Assembly (NCBI GenBank): GCA_965219455.1
Contig: OZ244744.1
Location: 4,864,001 to 4,928,000, forward strand
Source of the DNA: Candidatus Latescibacterota bacterium
GTDB taxonomy: Bacteria; Latescibacterota; UBA2968; GCA-2709665
Length of the DNA stretch: 64,000 nt
Direction: 5' to 3'
Shown here in pieces: positions 57,926-64,000 of this stretch. The position numbers were made by a program, and so were the translations under genes. Within the stretch, counting starts at the first letter, position 1; each line of letters starts with the position of its first letter. Under the pieces are notes generated by a model. That model ran no database searches. It saw only the letters and a list, made by a program, of their open reading frames with translations, and had not been told where the DNA came from.

Positions 57926-58459
57926 ATGGGTGCGGGTCTCAACGTCTATGTGGCGGTTTTTCTGTTTCGGAAAAACCGTGTTTTATTACTTGAGCGCGCG
58001 CCTCACAAGGGGTTTGCGCCGGGCCGATGGACAGGGGTCGGGGGCCGGGTGGAACCGGACGAGATGTCCAATCTGGAAGCGGCGGCACTCCGGGAGGTGG
58101 CAGAGGAAGCCGGAATCGAAGCGGAGGACGTCGAAGATCTCGACATCCGGGTCGTGTTGACCCGGCCTGAAGACGGCGACGTCACAACCGTGGTGTTTTT
58201 CACGGGGTATACCGATCGCGAGGGGTTGCCGCCCTGTAGCGAAGGCCGGCTGCACTGGGTCGCGATGGATCGCGTCGACGACCTGGATCTGGTAGAAAAC
58301 GCCGGATATGCTCTGAATCTGGCCATTCAGGCGGAGGAATCCGGATTATCGGGCGTTTATTTCGCGGTGGAAGACGCGACGGGCAGTGGCGCCATCAGCG
58401 CCGTGAGGGTCAATCGCTCGGCATTGGGGCATTTGCCAGGACAACGGGAAATACAATGA
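57926..58459 (+). CDS. NUDIX hydrolase
   Basis: GGRVEPDE.....AALREVAEEAG Nudix box. Confidence 0.88.
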   Translation: MGAGLNVYVAVFLFRKNRVLLLERAPHKGFAPGRWTGVGGRVEPDEMSNLEAAALREVAEEAGIEAEDVEDLDIRVVLTRPEDGDVTTVVFFTGYTDREGLPPCSEGRLHWVAMDRVDDLDLVENAGYALNLAIQAEESGLSGVYFAVEDATGSGAISAVRVNRSALGHLPGQREIQ

Positions 58460-59529
58460 AATTCGTGATTCGGGCCGGCGGCGTCGGCACCCGCCTGTGG
58501 CCCTTCAGCCGGACGACGCGGCCCAAGCAGTTCCACAGGATGGTCGGCGAACGCACCATGCTGCAGGAGGCCGTGCACCGGATCCGGCCGCTGGTCGGCG
58601 TCCGCGATCTCCACGTTTCAACGGGCAACGAACTGGTCCCGCTTGTCCGGGAGCAGCTTCCCGAACTGCCCGAGGCTGGCCTCATTGTGGAACCGGCGTT
58701 GCGCAATACCGGCCCGGCCGTTGGGCTCGAATGCGTGCTGCTCGAGAGCCGGTACCCCGGCTGTACCGTGGCCAGCCTGGGCTCGGACCATCATATAGGA
58801 AAGCCTGACGAGTTCGGCCGTCTGCTCCGGGTGGCGGAAGAAGCCGCGGAGGAGGATCCCGAAACGCTGTTTACGCTGGGGGTGAAGCCCACCCGCGTGG
58901 AAACGGGATACGGTTATATTCAGAAAGGCGCGGTCGCCAGGCGGGTAAACGGAGAGCAGGTTTACCGTGTGGAGAGGTTCAGGGAGAAACCCGATGAACA
59001 AACGGCAATGCGATTCGCGGAGAGTGGCGATTATCTCTGGAACAGCAACATGTTCGTCTGGAAGGCGCGTACGGTCCTGGCGCTATTCGAGCAATTCGAG
59101 CCGGAACTCCACCGTATTCTGATGCGCATTCGGGCCGCTGTGGGTACAGGGGCGGAACGGACTGTGATCGAGCGGGAATATCCCCGTATGAACGAGGTGG
59201 CCATCGACAATGCCATCATTGAACAAGCCCCGAAGGTGGCCACCCTGGAGGCGGATATCGACTGGAGCGATATCGGCAGTTGGGGCGCGTTGACGGAAGT
59301 CCTTCCCGTCGACACCGAGGGCAATCTGATCTCCGGTGAGGTATTGAGTCTGAATTCTCGGGATATCACCGCCTATGGTGTAGAGGGCAAGCTGATCGCC
59401 CTTGTAGACGTGGAGGGTCTGGTCGTCGTGGATACGCCCGACGCGCTGCTGATCTGTCGGCGCGACCGGACGCAGCGCGTCAGAGACGTTGTCGCAGCCC
59501 TGCGAGAGGGCCGCGCCGGGTATATATAG
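58456..59529 (+). CDS. manC: mannose-1-phosphate guanylyltransferase
   Basis: AGGVGTRLWP.SR..RPKQF, RNTGPA, SDH, ETGYGYI, FREKP and WSDIGSW motifs. Confidence 0.9.
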   Translation: MKFVIRAGGVGTRLWPFSRTTRPKQFHRMVGERTMLQEAVHRIRPLVGVRDLHVSTGNELVPLVREQLPELPEAGLIVEPALRNTGPAVGLECVLLESRYPGCTVASLGSDHHIGKPDEFGRLLRVAEEAAEEDPETLFTLGVKPTRVETGYGYIQKGAVARRVNGEQVYRVERFREKPDEQTAMRFAESGDYLWNSNMFVWKARTVLALFEQFEPELHRILMRIRAAVGTGAERTVIEREYPRMNEVAIDNAIIEQAPKVATLEADIDWSDIGSWGALTEVLPVDTEGNLISGEVLSLNSRDITAYGVEGKLIALVDVEGLVVVDTPDALLICRRDRTQRVRDVVAALREGRAGYI

Positions 59530-59655
59530 TAAAGGGAACGGGACCTCCGATCACTGGCGCGGTTTACGGTTCGGAAGGCGTCTTGAACGCTTTGCGTGGA
59601 ATAGTGAGCGAACGCGATATCGCGGCGTCTCGGATTTGACAACGGAGAAGCCGAC

Positions 59656-60096
59656 GTGAAAATACTTGTGCTCCAGGGACCGAATCTGAATATGCTGGGC
59701 AAACGGAAGGCGGCTCATTATGGTCTCGTCACGCTGGACGAGATCCACTCCCGGCTCGAGGAACGGGCGGGTGCGATGGGCTGCCAGTTGGAGTTCCTGC
59801 AGTCCAACCACGAGGGCGCCCTTGTCGACAAGGTTCAGGCTGATCGGGATCGTGTCCAGGGGATCATTCTCAATCCGGCGGGGCTTACCGGGTACGGCTA
59901 TTCACTGCGGGATGCGATCGAAGACAGCGGGCTCCCGGCGGTGGAGGTGCATCTGTCCAATATCCACGCGAGGGAAGCGTTCCGAAGGCATTCCTGCTTT
60001 TCGGCCATCGTGGTGGGGCAGGTTGCAGGATTCAAATGGCGGGGTTATATCGCGGCGCTGGAGATGCTGGTGGAGATGCTGAGAGAAGAAGGATAA
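59656..60096 (+). CDS. aroQ: type II 3-dehydroquinate dehydratase
   Basis: GPNLNMLG.R...YG, QSNHEG, NPAG and EVHLSNIHARE.FR motifs. Confidence 0.95.
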   Translation: MKILVLQGPNLNMLGKRKAAHYGLVTLDEIHSRLEERAGAMGCQLEFLQSNHEGALVDKVQADRDRVQGIILNPAGLTGYGYSLRDAIEDSGLPAVEVHLSNIHAREAFRRHSCFSAIVVGQVAGFKWRGYIAALEMLVEMLREEG

Positions 60097-60117
60097 ACAA
60101 AGGCAGGGTCAATTCAC

Positions 60118-60157
60118 AAAAAATACGCCCCGGAGAGATCCCCGGGGCATCTTTGTT
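60118..60157. terminator. probable bidirectional terminator
   Basis: gccccgg/ccggggc stem flanked by an A-tract and a T-rich tract, between convergent genes. Confidence 0.55.
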
Positions 60158-60187
60158 CGTTCTCCGATTTTCCGGAACCGCGCGCGG

Positions 60188-60880
60188 TCAGTTTCGCCTC
60201 GCCTTCACCTCATATCGCATGGCTTCGGCGACAATGCTGGCGGCGCCGTCGATTCCGGTCTGGCAGGTATTGAGCGTCAGGTGATAATTATCCGCGGCGT
60301 TCCAGGCAATCCCGTAGTGTCTCTTGATATAGCGTTTCCGGTAATCGTCCATTTTTCGGATGCGTTTGGCGGCATCGTCGGACTCCAGTTCGTCCCGATC
60401 CATGACCACCTGAATTCGATAGTCGATCGGGGCGACCACCCGCAGATGCAACGTGCCGGATCGGTCTCTCAGCAGGGCCTGTCCGCCCCGGCCAACCAGG
60501 ACCACGTTGTCCCGCTCGGCCAGACGCGAGATGACTTCGCGCGTGATGGAGACGAAAGCCTCTTCGTCCGGTAGAGGAAGACCGGAATCGGCTTGGCCGG
60601 TCAGTTCGGGCACAGTGGCGGTTGCCCACCATTCGTACTCCGAGAGGCCCGTAATGGCCTCCGGATGCCCGGGCGTGAGAAATTTTCGAATCACGCGCAT
60701 GGCGGGATGTTCAGGGCGTTCGTCAAACCGTTCGGCTTCGGAGACCGGAACCTGGGCTTCGTTGGCCACTTCCACGAGCAGGTCTTTGTTCATGCAAAGA
60801 TAACCCAACAGATCGGCTGCTCTCTGAGCGACCGTTCGTCCGTCGCTGCCGTATTCTCTTGAGACGGTAATCACACCCAT
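60188..60880 (-). CDS. cytidylate kinase-like family protein
   Basis: ITVSREYGS.G, VLVGRGG, D..R..Y...HY and YHLTLNT motifs. Confidence 0.88.
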   Translation of the reverse strand: MGVITVSREYGSDGRTVAQRAADLLGYLCMNKDLLVEVANEAQVPVSEAERFDERPEHPAMRVIRKFLTPGHPEAITGLSEYEWWATATVPELTGQADSGLPLPDEEAFVSITREVISRLAERDNVVLVGRGGQALLRDRSGTLHLRVVAPIDYRIQVVMDRDELESDDAAKRIRKMDDYRKRYIKRHYGIAWNAADNYHLTLNTCQTGIDGAASIVAEAMRYEVKARRN

Positions 60881-61079
60881 ATTGAGCCTCGCTGATGTGA
60901 GATGCCGCTTTCGGATTCAGCATTGAGCGGAAGGTGACAAAATCCGGATAATGGCATAAACTAGCCGGTATTTTCAATTTGTCAATGGGTTTGCAGGCCG
61001 GGGTGTCCTGCGGACGGCCACGCTGATCGTTCCTGAAAAGGGGGTTCGGCGGATGCCGCTGCTAACGAGGGGGCAATCG

Positions 61080-63188
61080 ATGAAAGACCAGGTGTGGATG
61101 TACAGGCACGACGAGATTCAGACCGGAAGGCCGTTTGGGATCGACGTGGACAGCGCGGATTGGCTTTGGGAGGGATGCGGACACAACCGATTGACGGGTC
61201 ATAATTTACGTACGGCGGAGACGGTTCAGATTCCCGTACCTGAGATGGCGGGTCGATCGGTCGTCCAGGTCATTGCCTGGCAGGAAAAGCTGGTGCTCAC
61301 CCTGGGGGACGCGCCGTACTACCTGGTTTATGACCCCGTGCGGCGAGCTTGCGAAAGGCGGGAAATCCCCGGCGACCGGCCTATCGTGTGGTACGGGGTT
61401 AAGACCCCGTGTGGGAAGGTGTTGCTCTTCGAGCGCTCGGAATCCAGGGTTCTGGTTCTGGAGGGTCCGCTGGCGGAGCCGCGTGTTGTGGTCTGTCCGT
61501 TTGACGGGCAGCTGGCAAGCGGATGGTGCGTTGACGGGATGGTCTATTCGCCAATGTGTGAACCTTCCCGGATCATCAGGTTCGATCCCCGCACGGAACA
61601 ATTCGTCGACGAGCGCCCTGGCCCCTACCCGGATGCCGCGTTGGCTGGGTACCTCGAACATCGCGGCGTGCTCTATGTCTGGGATACGGCAAAGGGCCGG
61701 ATCTTTCCGATGGAACCGGGTCGGGGCCGGTGGGAGGAAGGGATTCCGACTTCGGATCACGGACAGATTTACGGTTTCATGGGCGGAGGGTTCGGGTTCA
61801 AGGGCCGTGCGTATATTTGCTTGAGCACCTATATGCATCCGAGCCGGCTGGATCCGAAAACGGGTCGGATCGTGATCCCGGACGGCCCGTTGACGGTTGA
61901 CGGCATGCCGCCGAGATTTCTGGACCGATTTCTGATATTCGATCCGGATGCCATGGCGTTCGACTACCTGGCGGCCCCGGAACAACCGGACGGGGTCTCG
62001 CTTCTTTGTTATCACTGGACGGACGGCGAGCGGTTCGTCATTACGGGCACGACGATACCGTACACGCAACCGGGGAAACTCGGAGAGATTTTCGGGTCAT
62101 GGATCGTCATGCAGAGCGAACCGGCCGCGCAGGAGCCGGGTTTCGGCTTGCCGGACGCGGCGTTCGACAGGCGGGCGCATCTGGGACGGTACCGTCGCAC
62201 GTACGGTGCAGAACGGTCGCTCTATCTGCCGCACACGCCGTGGACGCCGCCTGTTGTGAATATGGAGGGTCCGGCAACGGATTACCCGCCGGGGATGGAG
62301 GCCGAGTTGATCCGCCGTGCGTCCAGGACCGATAAGGCGGAGTACCTCGGGCATCTTGCCGAGACCATTACCGGCGGAGCGTCTTCGGACGCGGATGCGG
62401 TCAGGCGGGTTGCGGGCTACGTGAATCGGGCGCTGTATTACAATCCGATCCAGATTCCTGAAACACGGGATCCGGTGGCCATTCTGGAAGGACACGATGC
62501 ACGGTGCGGGCAGGGCGTTACGGTCACGGTGGCTATTCTGGAGGCGCTCGGCATTGGGGTACGGTCCGTGGGTCTTTCCCACCACGTGGTCGCGGAGGCG
62601 ACGTATGACGGGAGCGATCATATCGTGGACGCGCTGTTTTTCGGCGCCAATCAGCCGCAGAAAGCCGGAAGGGTGTTGTCCGTGGCCGAACTGAAGTCGG
62701 ATATTTATTTCGCCGATGGCTTTGCGCAAGAATGTTTCGCGTACGATCCCGAGTTGCTCGAGAGCGAAGACCGGTTCTGGATTCTGGGTTACGTCTTCGG
62801 CATCTGGGGGTCTGAGCCGTATTACTCGTACTATCTGGGTGCCGAGAAAGCCCATCCGCCTACGTTCCCCCTGCCATTGCCGGCGCAGCGAACGGGCCGT
62901 CAGGAGGTCCGGTTAAATTGGGCGCGGTCGATTAAGATGGGTGGCGGCAGGATAGAGTACGACGTACGCGTTTTCTCTGATCGAGCGTGCCGGGAGGAAG
63001 TGATGACGGAAACAACGGGGAACACGTCGATTGTCTGGGAGGTGCCGGAGGCCAATCGGATGTATTTTGTGGAGGTACGCGCCGTGGACGATCATCGGGC
63101 CGGGAATCCGGATACCTGGTATCCCGCAGCACGGACGAATTTCGTGCTGGTTCCCGAAGATCAGTATGGCTGGTACGGCATGATGTGA
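61080..63188 (+). CDS. hypothetical protein: beta-propeller + transglutaminase-like core + FN3-like domain
   Basis: Beta-rich N-terminus (YDP/FDP repeats); ARCGQ...HHVVAE...HIVDA triad; C-terminal LNW...Y.V...YFVEVRAVD. Confidence 0.65.
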   Translation: MKDQVWMYRHDEIQTGRPFGIDVDSADWLWEGCGHNRLTGHNLRTAETVQIPVPEMAGRSVVQVIAWQEKLVLTLGDAPYYLVYDPVRRACERREIPGDRPIVWYGVKTPCGKVLLFERSESRVLVLEGPLAEPRVVVCPFDGQLASGWCVDGMVYSPMCEPSRIIRFDPRTEQFVDERPGPYPDAALAGYLEHRGVLYVWDTAKGRIFPMEPGRGRWEEGIPTSDHGQIYGFMGGGFGFKGRAYICLSTYMHPSRLDPKTGRIVIPDGPLTVDGMPPRFLDRFLIFDPDAMAFDYLAAPEQPDGVSLLCYHWTDGERFVITGTTIPYTQPGKLGEIFGSWIVMQSEPAAQEPGFGLPDAAFDRRAHLGRYRRTYGAERSLYLPHTPWTPPVVNMEGPATDYPPGMEAELIRRASRTDKAEYLGHLAETITGGASSDADAVRRVAGYVNRALYYNPIQIPETRDPVAILEGHDARCGQGVTVTVAILEALGIGVRSVGLSHHVVAEATYDGSDHIVDALFFGANQPQKAGRVLSVAELKSDIYFADGFAQECFAYDPELLESEDRFWILGYVFGIWGSEPYYSYYLGAEKAHPPTFPLPLPAQRTGRQEVRLNWARSIKMGGGRIEYDVRVFSDRACREEVMTETTGNTSIVWEVPEANRMYFVEVRAVDDHRAGNPDTWYPAARTNFVLVPEDQYGWYGMM

Positions 63189-63204
63189 ATGCGAATGCCG
63201 GCGC

Positions 63205-64000
63205 CTATTCGTCGGTGGGACTGCTCCGGGAGACTGGCACGTGAATGAGCGTGGGCAGCCCTGCGCACAGGCCGTCCCGCAGGGCGGGAAGGATCTGCCC
63301 GGCATGTTCAATGCGAATTCCCCGGGCGCCAAAGGCTTCCGCCATCCCCGCGTAGTCGATGGGACCCAATTCGGAGGTTATCCCGCGGCCGTAACGCGCC
63401 TCGTGCCCCGTCAGTGTGATGCCCCAGGCTTCGTCGTCGGCGAGAAGGACGACAAAGGGCAGATTCTGGCGGGCGGCGGTCTCGAGTTCGGCAACGGTGA
63501 ATGTGAGCGCGCCATCGCCCGATATGAGGATAACGGGTCGGTCCGGGTAGAGCAGGCGGGCGCCCATCGCTCCCGGAATACCGTAGCCCACAACGCCGCT
63601 GGCGCCGCAAGTGAGCCAGTGCCCGGGATATCGGTCGCAGAGGACCTGGTGCGCCCACTGCCCGATGTTGCCGCCGTCGATGACGATAACGGTATCGTCG
63701 GTCAGGACGGACTGTACGGCGTGCATGATGTCGAGCGCGTGCATGCCGTTCCCTTTGCGGACGTCCAGAAACTGCCGGCGAAACGCGTTTCGGCGTCTGG
63801 CGGCTTCCTTGAGCCAGGCCGTCTTGGGCGCGATTTTCTTTGTATGCGCGGCTTCGGTCAACCGGGAGAGCGCGGAACCCGGATCGGCCGCCACGCGCAG
63901 GTGGGCGCCGGTTCCCTGATTGAGGTGGAAGGCATCCGGGTGGATGCGCACAATGGTTGCCTCGGGGTGCACCGCGGGCGGCTGAAGGTAGCCGACCCGG
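63205..64000 (-). CDS. thiamine pyrophosphate-binding enzyme (acetolactate synthase-like), 5'-partial
   Basis: IDGGNIGQW, GVVGYGIPGA, SGDGA and DYA.MAEAFG motifs. Confidence 0.88.
   Translation of the reverse strand, partial: RVGYLQPPAVHPEATIVRIHPDAFHLNQGTGAHLRVAADPGSALSRLTEAAHTKKIAPKTAWLKEAARRRNAFRRQFLDVRKGNGMHALDIMHAVQSVLTDDTVIVIDGGNIGQWAHQVLCDRYPGHWLTCGASGVVGYGIPGAMGARLLYPDRPVILISGDGALTFTVAELETAARQNLPFVVLLADDEAWGITLTGHEARYGRGITSELGPIDYAGMAEAFGARGIRIEHAGQILPALRDGLCAGLPTLIHVPVSRSSPTDE

Overview
This is a GC-rich bacterial window, probably from an FCB-group or Latescibacterota-like organism; that is inferred from DUF6785, PhyH, ASPIC/FG-GAP, DUF4837 and the long ComEA-type gene, not proven. 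Most of it is metabolic and envelope genes: a creatininase/phosphotriesterase/xylulokinase operon, pdxA, tRNA-Cys and tRNA-Leu, a CusCBA-type copper/silver efflux cluster, ferritin, accD and aroQ. The most unusual region is a visibly AT-richer, integrase-free defence-type island at about 19.26-28.71 kb. Its scaffold, a PLD-helicase plus type IIG restriction-modification pair, is broken. The genes inside it remain intact: a translationally coupled Schlafen(AlbA_2)-GHKL + ParA pair, an AIPR gene, and a DUF2806 gene bracketed by two copies of the R-M gene's C-terminal tail. The island ends in a GxxExxY nuclease remnant fused to an ATCC repeat with 8-9 nt periodicity, and related copies of that repeat recur across the window. 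Several tiny non-autonomous elements are also visible: a 58-bp MITE with a TTAT duplication at the xylB start codon, IS630-like CTAG ends bracketing a 1232-aa lyase-like gene, and nested palindromic repeats. All family calls come from motif recognition by eye; no searches were run.
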